64,000 nucleotides of DNA from the human T2T-CHM13v2.0 reference genome, Homo sapiens. Both the position numbers and the translations under genes were made by a program. The stretch is from assembly GCF_009914755.1 (NCBI RefSeq), contig NC_060925.1; one strand, written 5' to 3'. Positions 38,566-51,200 of the stretch are shown in pieces. Under the pieces are notes generated by a model that saw only the letters and a program-made list of their open reading frames with translations, had not been told where the DNA came from and ran no database searches. How positions within the stretch are numbered: position 1 is the stretch's first letter; each line of letters opens with the position of its first letter.

Positions 38566-41500
38566 CCAGGTGAGCATCTGACATCGTGGAGCAGCACCCC
38601 ACACCCACAGGTGAGCATCTGACAACCTGGAGCAGCACCCACACCCCCAGGTGAGCATCTGACAGCCTGGAACAGCACCCTGCACCCCCAGGTGAGCATC
38701 CGACAGCCTGGAGCAGCAACCACACTCCCAGGCGAGCATCCGATGACCTGGAGCAGCACCCACAACCCCAAGTGAGCATCTGATTGTCTGGAGCAGCACC
38801 CACAACCACAGGTGAGCATCGTAGAGTCTGGAGCAGCGCCCACAGCCACAGGCGAGCATCTGACAGCCCGGAGCAGTGCCCACACCCCGAGGTGAGCATC
38901 TGACAACAGGGAGCAGCACCCATAGCCCATGGTGAGCACCTGACAACCTGGAGCAGCACCCACACACCCAGGTGAGCATCTGATGGTCTGGAGCAGCACC
39001 CACAACCACAGGTGAGCATCGGAGAGTCAGGAGCAGTGCCCACACACCCAGGCGAGCATCTGACAGCCTGGAGCAGCACCCACACCCCCAGGGGAGCATC
39101 TGACATCCTGGAGCAGCACCGACAACCCCAGGTGAGCATCTGAGAGCCTGGAACAGCACCCACAACCCCAGGTGAGAATCTGACAGCCTGGAAGAGCACC
39201 CCACATCACCGGGTGAGCATCTGACAGCCTGGAACAGCAACCATGCCCTCAGGTAAGCATCTGACAGACTGGAACAGCACCCACACGCCCAGGTGAGCCT
39301 CTGACAGCCTGGAACAGCACGCGCAACCCCAGGTGAGCATCTGACAGCCTGGAACAGCACCCACACCCACAGGTGAGCATCTGACAGCATGTAACAGCAC
39401 CCACACCCCCAGGTGAGCATCTGACAGCCTGCAACAGCACCCTGCACCCCCAGGTGCACACGTGACAGCCTGGAAGAGCACCCACACCCCAAGGCGAGCA
39501 TCTGACGGCCTGGAACGGCACCCACACCCCCAGGCGAGCATCGGACAGCCTGGAGTAGCACCCCACACCCCCAGGTGAGCATCCGACAGCCTGGAGCAGC
39601 ACCCACACCCCCAGGTGAGCATGTGACAGCCTGGAAGAGCACCCACACCCCCAGGCGAGCATCTGACAGCCTGGGTCGGCAACCACACACGCAGGTGCGC
39701 ATCTGATGGTCTGGAGCAGCACCCACACCAACAGGTGAGCATCTGACAGCCTGGAACAGAACCCACACCCCCAGGTGAGCATGTGACAGACTGGAACAGC
39801 ACCCACATGCCCAGGTGAGCCTCTGACAGCCTGTAACAGCAGCCTGCACCCCCAGGTGCGCCCGTGACAGCCTGGAACAGCACCGACACCCACAGGCGAG
39901 CATCTGACGGCCTGGAACAGCACCCACACCCCCAGGTGAGCATTGGACAGCCTGGAGCAGCACCCACAACCCCAGGCGGGCAACCGACAACCTGGAGCAG
40001 CACCCACACCCACAGTTGAGCATCTGACTTCGTGGAGCATAACCCCACACGCACAGGTGAGCATCTGACAGCCTGGAGCTGCACCCACACCCTCAGGTGA
40101 GTCTCTGACAGCCTGGAACAGCACCCTGCACACCCAGGTGAGCATCCGACAGCCTGGAGCAGCACCGTTGAGCATCTGATGGTCTGGAGCAGCACCCACA
40201 ACCACAGGTGAACATCAGAGAGTCTGGAGCAGCGCCCACAACCCCAGGCGAGCATCTGACAGCCTGGAGCCGTGCCCAAACACCCAGGTGAGCATCTGAC
40301 AGCATGGAGCAGCACCCATAGCCCAAGGTGAGCATCTGACAACCTGGAGCAGCACCCACACACCGAGGTGAGCATCTGACCTCCCGGAGCAGCACCAGTA
40401 CCCCCAGGCGAGCATCTGAACTCATGGAGCAGCACCCACACCCCCAGGCGAGCATCTGACCGAACGGAGCAGCACCCACAACCCCAGGCGAGCATCTGAC
40501 AGCATGAAACAGCACCCAGAACTCCAGGTGAGCATCTGACAGCCCGCAGTAGCACCCACAAGCACAAGTGAGAATCTGACAGCCCAGAGCAGCACCCACA
40601 CCCCCAGGGGAGCATCTGACCGCATGGAGCAGCACCCACACCCCCAGGAGAGCATCCGGTAGCCTGCAGCAGAACCCACACCAACAGGCGAGCATCTGAC
40701 AGCCTGGGTCGGCACCCACACCCCCAGGTGAGCATCTGACGGCCTGGAACAGCACCCACACCCCCAGGTGAGCATCTGACATCGTGGAGCCGCACCCCAC
40801 ACCCACAGGTGAGCATCTGACAGCCTGGAGCAGCACCCACACCCCCAGGTGAGCATCTGACAGCCTGGAACAGCACCCTGCACCCCCAGGTGAGCATCCG
40901 ACAGCCTGGAGCAGCACCCACCACTCCCAGGCCAGCATCCGATAACCTGGAGCAGCACCCACAACCCCAAGTGAGCATCTGATTGTCTGGAGCAGCACCC
41001 ACAACCACAGGTGAGCATCGTAGAGTCTGGAGCAGCGCCCACAGCCCCACGCGAGCATCTGACAGCCCGGAGCAGTGACCACACCTCCAGGTGAGCATCT
41101 GACAACAGGGAGCAGCACCCATAGCCCATGGTGAGCATCTGACAACCTGGAGCAGCACCCACACCCCCAGGTGAGCATCTGATGATCTGGAGCAGCACCC
41201 ACAACCACAGGTGAGCATCGGAGAGTCAGGAGCAGTGCCCACACACCCAGGCGAGCATCTGACAGCCTGGAGCAGTGCCCACACCCCCAGGTGAGCATCT
41301 GACAGCGTGGAGCAGCACCCACAGCCCAAGGTGAGCATCTGACAACCTGGAGCAGCACCCACGCCCCCAGGCGAGCATCTGAACACACGGAGCAGCACCC
41401 ACACTCCCAGGCGAGCATCCGACAGCCTGGAGCAGCACCCACACACCCAGGTGAGCAACTGACAGCCTGGAGCAGCACCCACACACCCAGGTGATCATCT

Positions 41501-43131
41501 GACAGCCTGGAACAGCACGCTGCCCCCCAAGGTGAGCATCTGACAGCCTGGTACAGCACACACACCCCAAGGCGAGCATCTGACAACCTGGAACAGCACC
41601 CATACGCCCAGATGAGCATCTGACAGCCTGGAACAGCACCCTGCACCCCCAGGTGAGCATCTGACAGCCTGGAACAGCACCCACACCCCCAGGTGAGCAT
41701 CTGACCGCATCGCATGGCATCCTCACCCCCAGTTGCGCATCTGATGGTCTGGAGCAGCACCCACACCCACAGGTGAGCATCAGACAGCCTGGAACCGCAG
41801 CCACACCCCCAGGCGAGCATCTGACAGCCTGGAACAGCACTCACACCCCCAGGAGAGCATCCGGCAGCCTGGAGCGGAACCCACGGCCACAGGCGAGCAT
41901 CTGAGAGCCTGGGTCGGCACCCACACCCCCAGGTGAGCATCTGATGGTTTGCGGCAACACCGACACCCACAGGTGAGCATCTGACAGCCTGGAACAGAAC
42001 CCACACGCCCAGGTGAGCATCTGACAGCCTGGAACAACAGCCTGCACCACCAGGTGCGCATGTGACAGCCTGGAACAGCACCAACACCCCCAGGCGAGCA
42101 TCTGACGGCCTGGAACAGCACCCACACCCCCAGGTGAGCATCAGACAGCCTGGAACAACACCCATACCCACAGGTGAGCATCTGACATCGTGGAGCAGCA
42201 CCCCACACCCACAGGTGAGCATCTGACAGCCTGGAGCAGCACCCACACCCCCAGGTGAGCATCTGACAGCCTGGAACAGCACCCACACCCCCAGGTGAGA
42301 ATCTGATTGTCTGGAGCATCACACACAACCACAGGTGAGCATCGGAGAGTCTGGAGCAGCACCCACATCCCAAGGTGAGCATCTGACAACCTGGAGCAGC
42401 ACCCACACCTCGAGGTGAGCATCTGACCTCCCGGAGCAGGACCCATACCTCCAGGCGAGCATCTGAACCCATGGAGCAGCACACACGCCCCCAGGCGAGC
42501 ATCTGACCGAACGGAGCAGCACCCACAACCCCAGGCGAGCATCTGACAGCCTTTAACAGCACCCACAACCCCAGGTGAGCATCTGACAGCCCGCAGCAGC
42601 ACCCACACGCACAGGTGAGAATCTGACAGCCCGGAGCAGCACCCACACCCCCAGGGGAGCATCTGACCGCATGGAGCAGCACCCACACCCCCAGGGGAGC
42701 ATCTGAAATCCTGGAGCTGCACCGACAACACCAGGTGAGCATCTGAGAGCCTGGAACAGCACCCGCACCCCCAGGTGAGAATCTGACAGCCTGGAAGAGC
42801 ACCCCATATCCCCGGGTGAGCATCTGACAGCCTGGAACAGCACCCACTCCCCCAGGTGAGCACCTGACAGACTGGAACAGCACCCACAGGCCCAGGTGAG
42901 CCTCTGACAGCTTGGAACAGCACGCGCACCCCCAGGTGAGCATCTGACAGCCTGGAACAGCACCCACACCCCCAGGCGAGCATCTGATAGCCTGGAACAG
43001 CACCCACACCCCCAGGAGAGCATCCGGCAGCCTGCAGCAGAACCCACACCAACAGGCGAGCATCTGACAGCCTGGGTCGGCACCCACACCCCCAGGTGAG
43101 CATCTGACGGCCTGGAACAGCACCCACACCC
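38566..43131 (+). repeat. HOR unit (4,566 bp) with a 562-bp deletion (~39070), a 10-bp deletion (40166/40167) and a 40-bp deletion (~41820)
   Basis: 5178-562-10-40=4566 matches the observed spacing. The junction AGCACC|GTTGAGCATC is visible at 40161-40176. Confidence 0.85.
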
Positions 43132-46100
43132 CCAGGTGAGCATCTGACATCGTGGAGCAGCACCCCACACCCACAGGTGAGCATCTGACAGCCTGGAGCA
43201 GCACCCACACCCCCAGGTGAGCATCTGACAGCCTGGAACAGCACCCTGCACCCCCAGGTGAGCATCCGACAGCCTGGAGCAGCAACCACACTCCCAGGCG
43301 AGCATCCGATGACCTGGAGCAGCACCCACAACCCCAAGTGAGCATCTGATTGTCTGGAGCAGCACCCACAACCACAGGTGAGCATCGTAGAGTCTGGAGC
43401 AGCGCCCACAGCCACAGGCGAGCATCTGACAGCCCGGAGCAGTGCCCACACCCCGAGGTGAGCATCTGACAACAGGGAGCAGCACCCATAGCCCATGGTG
43501 AGCACCTGACAACCTGGAGCAGCACCCACACACCCAGGTGAGCATCTGATGGTCTGGAGCAGCACCCACAACCACAGGTGAGCATCGGAGAGTCAGGAGC
43601 AGTGCCCACACACCCAGGCGAGCATCTGACAGCCTGGAGCAGTGCCCACACCCCCAGGTGAGCATCTGACATCGTGGAGCAGCACCCCACACCCACAGGT
43701 GAGCATCTGACAGCCTGGAGCAGCACCCACACCCCCAGGTGAGCATCTGACAGCCTGGAACAGCACCCACATCCCCAGGTGAGCCTCTGACATCGTCGAG
43801 CAGCACCCCACACCCACAGGTGAGCATCTGACAGCCTGGAACAGCACCCACACCCCCAGGTGAGAATCTGATGTTCTGGAGCATCACACACAACCACAGG
43901 TGAGCATCGGAGAGTCTGGAGCAGCACCCACAACCCAAGGTGAGCATCTGACAACCTGGAGCAGCACCCACACCCCGAGGTGAGCATCTGACCTCCCGGA
44001 GCAGGACCCATACCTCCAGGCGAGCATCTGAACCCATGGAGCAGCACCCACGCCCCCAGGCGAGCATCTGACCGAACAGAGCAGCACCCACAACCCCATG
44101 CGAGCATCTGACAGCCTGGAACAGCACCCACAACCCCAGGTGAGCATCTGACAGCCCGCAGCAGCAACCACACGCACAGGTGAGAATCTGACAGCCCGTA
44201 GCAGCACCCACACCCCCAGGGGAGCATCTGACATCCTGGAGCAGCACCGACAACCCCAGGTGAGCATCTGAGAGCCTGGAACAGCACCCACAACCCCAGG
44301 TGAGAATCTGACAGCCTGGAAGAGCACCCCACATCACCGGGTGAGCATCTGACAGCCTGGAACAGCAACCATACCCTCAGGTAAGCATCTGACAGACTGG
44401 AACAGCACCCACACGCCCAGGTGAGCCTCTGACAGCCTGGAACAGCACGCGCAACCCCAGGTGAGCATCTGACAGCCTGGAACAGCACCCACACCCACAG
44501 GTGAGCATCTGACAGCATGTAACAGCACCCACACCCCCAGGTGAGCATCTGACAGCCTGCAACAGCACCCTGCACCCCCAGGTGCGCACGTGACAGCCTG
44601 GAAGAGCACCCACACCCCAAGGCGAGCATCTGACGGCCTGGAACGGCACCCACACCCCCAGGCGAGCATCGGACAGCCTGGAGCAGCACCCCACACCCCC
44701 AGGTGAGCATCCGACAGCCTGGAGCAGCACCCACACCCCCAGGTGAGCATGTGACAGCCTGGAAGAGCACTCACACCCCCAGGCGAGCATCTGACAGCCT
44801 GGGTCGGCAACCACACACGCAGGTGCGCATCTGATGGTCTGGAGCAGCACCCACACCAACAGGTGAGCATCTGACAGCCTGGAACAGAACCCACACCCCC
44901 AGGTGAGCATGTGACAGACTGGAACAGCACCCACATGCCCAGGTGAGCCTCTGACAGCCTGTAACAGCAGCCTGCACCCCCAGGTGCGCCCGTGACAGCC
45001 TGGAACAGCACCGACACCCACAGGCGAGCATCTGACGGCCTGGAACAGCACCCACACCCCCAGGTGAGCATTGGACAGCCTGGAGCAGCACCCACAACCC
45101 CAGGCGGGCAACCGACAACCTGGAGCAGCACCCACACCCACAGTTGAGCATCTGACTTCGTGGAGCATAACCCCACACGCACAGGTGAGCATCTGACAGC
45201 CTGGAGCTGCACCCACACCCTCAGGTGAGTCTCTGACAGCCTGGAACAGCACCCTGCACACCCAGGTGAGCATCCGACAGCCTTGAGCAGCACCGTTGAG
45301 CATCTGATGGTCTGGAGCAGCACCCACAACCACAGGTGAACATCAGAGAGTCTGGAGCAGCGCCCACAACCCCAGGCGAGCATCTGACAGCCTGGAGCCG
45401 TGCCCAAACACCCAGGTGAGCATCTGACAGCATGGAGCAGCACCCATAGCCCAAGGTGAGCATCTGACAACCTGGAGCAGCACCCACACACCGAGGTGAG
45501 CATCTGACCTCCCGGAGCAGCACCAGTACCCCCAGGCGAGCATCTGAACTCATGGAGCAGCACCCACACCCCCAGGCGAGCATCTGACCGAACGGAGCAG
45601 CACCCACAACCCCAGGCGAGCATCTGACAGCATGAAACAGCACCCAGAACTCCAGGTGAGCATCTGACAGCCCGCAGTAGCACCCACAAGCACAAGTGAG
45701 AATCTGACAGCCCAGAGCAGCACCCACACCCCCAGGGGAGCATCTGACCGCATGGAGCAGCACCCACACCCCCAGGAGAGCATCCGGTAGCCTGCAGCAG
45801 AACCCACACCAACAGGCGAGCATCTGACAGCCTGGGTCGGCACCCACACCCCCAGGTGAGCATCTGACGGCCTGGAACAGCACCCACACCCCCAGGTGAG
45901 CATCTGACATCGTGGAGCCGCACCCCACACCCACAGGTGAGCATCTGACAGCCTGGAGCAGCACCCACACCCCCAGGTGAGCATCTGACAGCCTGGAACA
46001 GCACCCTGCACCCCCAGGTGAGCATCCGACAGCCTGGAGCAGCACCCACCACTCCCAGGCCAGCATCCGATAACCTGGAGCAGCACCCACAACCCCAAGT

Positions 46101-48259
46101 GAGCATCTGATTGTCTGGAGCAGCACCCACAACCACAGGTGAGCATCGTAGAGTCTGGAGCAGCGCCCACAGCCCCACGCGAGCATCTGACAGCCCGGAG
46201 CAGTGACCACACCTCCAGGTGAGCATCTGACAACAGGGAGCAGCACCCATAGCCCATGGTGAGCATCTGACAACCTGGAGCAGCACCCACACCCCCAGGT
46301 GAGCATCTGATGATCTGGAGCAGCACCCACAACCACAGGTGAGCATCGGAGAGTCAGGAGCAGTGCCCACACACCCAGGCGAGCATCTGACAGCCTGGAG
46401 CAGTGCCCACACCCCCTGGTGAGCATCTGACAGCGTGGAGCAGCACCCACAGCCCAAGGTGAGCATCTGACAACCTGGAGCAGCACCCACGCCCCCAGGC
46501 GAGCATCTGAACACACGGAGCAGCACCCACACCCCCAGGCGAGCATCCGACAGCCTGGAGCAGCACCCACACACCCAGGTGAGCAACTGACAGCCTGGAG
46601 CAGCACCCACACACCCAGGTGATCATCTGACAGCCTGGAACAGCACGCTGCCCCCCAAGGTGAGCATCTGACAGCCTGGTACAGCACACACACCCCCAGG
46701 CGAGCATCTGACAACCTGGAACAGCACCCATACGCCCAGATGAGCATCTGACAGCCTGGAACAGCACCCTGCACCCCCAGGTGAGCATCTGACAGCCTGG
46801 AACAGCACCCACACCCCCAGGTGAGCATCTGACCGCATCGCATGGCATCCTCACCCCCAGTTGCGCATCTGATGGTCTGGAGCAGCACCCACACCCACAG
46901 GTGAGCATCAGACAGCCTGGAACCGCAGCCACACCCCCAGGCGAGCATCTGACAGCCTGGAACAGCACTCACACCCCCAGGAGAGCATCCGGCAGCCTGG
47001 AGCGGAACCCACGGCCACAGGCGAGCATCTGAGAGCCTGGGTCGGCACCCACACCCCCAGGTGAGCATCTGATGGTTTGCGGCAACACCGACACCCACAG
47101 GTGAGCATCTGACAGCCTGGAACAGAACCCACACGCCCAGGTGAGCATCTGACAGCCTGGAACAACAGCCTGCACCACCAGGTGCGCATGTGACAGCCTG
47201 GAACAGCACCAACACCCCCAGGCGAGCATCTGACGGCCTGGAACAGCACCCACACCCCCAGGTGAGCATCAGACAGCCTGGAACAACACCCATACCCACA
47301 GGTGAGCATCTGACATCGTGGAGCAGCACCCCACACCCACAGGTGAGCATCTGACAGCCTGGAGCAGCACCCACACCCCCAGGTGAGCATCTGACAGCCT
47401 GGAACAGCACCCACACCCCCAGGTGAGAATCTGATGTTCTGGAGCATCACACACAACCACAGGTGAGCATCGGAGAGTCTGGAGCAGCACCCACATCCCA
47501 AGGTGAGCATCTGACAACCTGGAGCAGCACCCACACCTCGAGGTGAGCATCTGACCTCCCGGAGCAGGACCCATACCTCCAGGCGAGCATCTGAACCCAT
47601 GGAGCAGCACACACGCCCCCAGGCGAGCATCTGACCGAACGGAGCTGCACCCACAACCCCAGGCGAGCATCTGACAGCCTTTAACAGCACCCACAACCCC
47701 AGGTGAGCATCTGACAGCCCGCAGCAGCACCCACACGCACAGGTGAGAATCTGACAGCCCGGAGCAGCACCCACACCCCCAGGGGAGCATCTGACCGCAT
47801 GGAGCAGCACCCACACCCCCAGGGGAGCATCTGAAATCCTGGAGCTGCACCGACAACACCAGGTGAGCATCTGAGAGCCTGGAACAGCACCCGCACCCCC
47901 AGGTGAGAATCTGACAGCCTGGAAGAGCACCCCATATCCCCGGGTGAGCATCTGACAGCCTGGAACAGCACCCACTCCCCCAGGTGAGCACCTGACAGAC
48001 TGGAACAGCACCCACAGGCCCAGGTGAGCCTCTGACAGCTTGGAACAGCACGCGCACCCCCAGGTGAGCATCTGACAGCCTGGAACAGCACCCACACCCC
48101 CAGGCGAGCATCTGATAGCCTGGAACAGCACCCACACCCCCAGGAGAGCATCCGGCAGCCTGCAGCAGAACCCACACCAACAGGCGAGCATCTGACAGCC
48201 TGGGTCGGCACCCACACCCCCAGGTGAGCATCTGACGGCCTGGAACAGCACCCACACCC
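43132..48259 (+). repeat. HOR unit (5,128 bp) with the same 10-bp (45294/45295) and 40-bp (~46950) deletions
   Basis: CACC|GTTGAG at 45291-45300 lies exactly 5128 bp after the first occurrence. Confidence 0.87.
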
Positions 48260-51200
48260 CCAGGTGAGCATCTGACATCGTGGAGCAGCACCCCACACCC
48301 ACAGGTGAGCATCTGACAGCCTGGAGCAGCACCCACACCCCCAGGTGAGCATCTGACAGCCTGGAACAGCACCCTGCACCCCCAGGTGAGCATCCGACAG
48401 CCTGGAGCAGCAACCACACTCCCAGGCGAGCATCCGATGACCTGGAGCAGCACCCACAACCCCAAGTGAGCATCTGATTGTCTGGAGCAGCACCCACAAC
48501 CACAGGTGAGCATCGTAGAGTCTGGAGCAGCGCCCACAGCCACAGGCGAGCATCTGACAGCCCGGAGCAGTGCCCACACCCCGAGGTGAGCATCTGACAA
48601 CAGGGAGCAGCACCCATAGCCCATGGTGAGCACCTGACAACCTGGAGCAGCACCCACACACCCAGGTGAGCATCTGATGGTCTGGAGCAGCACCCACAAC
48701 CACAGGTGAGCATCGGAGAGTCAGGAGCAGTGCCCACACACCCAGGCGAGCATCTGACAGCCTGGAGCAGTGCCCACACCCCCAGGTGAGCATCTGACAT
48801 CGTGGAGCAGCACCCCACACCCACAGGTGAGCATCTGACAGCCTGGAGCAGCACCCACACCCCCAGGTGAGCATCTGACAGCCTGGAACAGCACCCACAT
48901 CCCCAGGTGAGCCTCTGACATCGTCGAGCAGCACCCCACACCCACAGGTGAGCATCTGACAGCCTGGAACAGCACCCACACCCCCAGGTGAGAATCTGAT
49001 GTTCTGGAGCATCACACACAACCACAGGTGAGCATCGGAGAGTCTGGAGCAGCACCCACAACCCAAGGTGAGCATCTGACAACCTGGAGCAGCACCCACA
49101 CCCCGAGGTGAGCATCTGACCTCCCGGAGCAGGACCCATACCTCCAGGCGAGCATCTGAACCCATGGAGCAGCACCCACGCCCCCAGGCGAGCATCTGAC
49201 CGAACAGAGCAGCACCCACAACCCCATGCGAGCATCTGACAGCCTGGAACAGCACCCACAACCCCAGGTGAGCATCTGACAGCCCGCAGCAGCAACCACA
49301 CGCACAGGTGAGAATCTGACAGCCCGTAGCAGCACCCACACCCCCAGGGGAGCATCTGACATCCTGGAGCAGCACCGACAACCCCAGGTGAGCATCTGAG
49401 AGCCTGGAACAGCACCCACAACCCCAGGTGAGAATCTGACAGCCTGGAAGAGCACCCCACATCACCGGGTGAGCATCTGACAGCCTGGAACAGCAACCAT
49501 ACCCTCAGGTAAGCATCTGACAGACTGGAACAGCACCCACACGCCCAGGTGAGCCTCTGACAGCCTGGAACAGCACGCGCAACCCCAGGTGAGCATCTGA
49601 CAGCCTGGAACAGCACCCACACCCACAGGTGAGCATCTGACAGCATGTAACAGCACCCACACCCCCAGGTGAGCATCTGACAGCCTGCAACAGCACCCTG
49701 CACCCCCAGGTGCGCACGTGACAGCCTGGAAGAGCACCCACACCCCAAGGCGAGCATCTGACGGCCTGGAACGGCACCCACACCCCCAGGCGAGCATCGG
49801 ACAGCCTGGAGCAGCACCCCACACCCCCAGGTGAGCATCCGACAGCCTGGAGCAGCACCCACACCCCCAGGTGAGCATGTGACAGCCTGGAAGAGCACCC
49901 ACACCCACAGGCGAGCATCTGACAGCCTGGGTCGGCAACCACACACGCAGGTGCGCATCTGATGGTCTGGAGCAGCACCCACACCAACAGGTGAGCATCT
50001 GACAGCCTGGAACAGAACCCACACCCCCAGGTGAGCATGTGACAGACTGGAACAGCACCCACATGCCCAGGTGAGCCTCTGACAGCCTGTAACAGCAGCC
50101 TGCACCCCCAGGTGCGCCCGTGACAGCCTGGAACAGCACCGACACCCACAGGCGAGCATCTGACGGCCTGGAACAGCACCCACACCCCCAGGTGAGCATT
50201 GGACAGCCTGGAGCAGCACCCACAACCCCAGGCGGGCAACCGACAACCTGGAGCAGCACCCACACCCACAGTTGAGCATCTGACTTCGTGGAGCATAACC
50301 CCACACGCACAGGTGAGCATCTGACAGCCTGGAGCTGCACCCACACCCTCAGGTGAGTCTCTGACAGCCTGGAACAGCACCCTGCACACCCAGGTGAGCA
50401 TCCGACAGCCTGGAGCAGCACCCACACCCCCAGTTGAGCATCTGATGGTCTGGAGCAGCACCCACAACCACAGGTGAACATCAGAGAGTCTGGAGCAGCG
50501 CCCACAACCCCAGGCGAGCATCTGACAGCCTGGAGCAGTGCCCAAACACCCAGGTGAGCATCTGACAGCATGGAGCAGCACCCATAGCCCAAGGTGAGCA
50601 TCTGACAACCTGGAGCAGCACCCACACACCGAGGTGAGCATCTGACCTCCCGGAGCAGCACCAGTACCCCCAGGCGAGCATCTGAACTCATGGAGCAGCA
50701 CCCACACCCCCAGGCGAGCATCTGACCGAACGGAGCAGCACCCACAACCCCAGGCGAGCATCTGACAGCATGAAACAGCACCCAGAACTCCAGGTGAGCA
50801 TCTGACAGCCCGCAGTAGCACCCACAAGCACAAGTGAGAATCTGACAGCCCAGAGCAGCACCCACACCCCCAGGGGAGCATCTGACCGCATGGAGCAGCA
50901 CCCACACCCCCAGGAGAGCATCCAGCAGCCTGCAGCAGAACCCACACCAACAGGCGAGCATCTGACAGCCTGGGTCGGCACCCACACCCCCAGGTGAGCA
51001 TCTGACGGCCTGGAACAGCACCCACACCCCCAGGTGAGCATCTGACATCGTGGAGCCGCACCCCACACCCACAGGTGAGCATCTGACAGCCTGGAGCAGC
51101 ACCCACACCCCCAGGTGAGCATCTGACAGCCTGGAACAGCACCCTGCACCCCCAGGTGAGCATCCGACAGCCTGGAGCAGCACCCACCACTCCCAGGCCA

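Noticed and set aside
40093-50348. Assembly artefact as the explanation for the near-identical 5,128-bp copies
   Set aside because: The copies differ at several private SNVs, so an artefact is unlikely. It cannot be excluded without reads.
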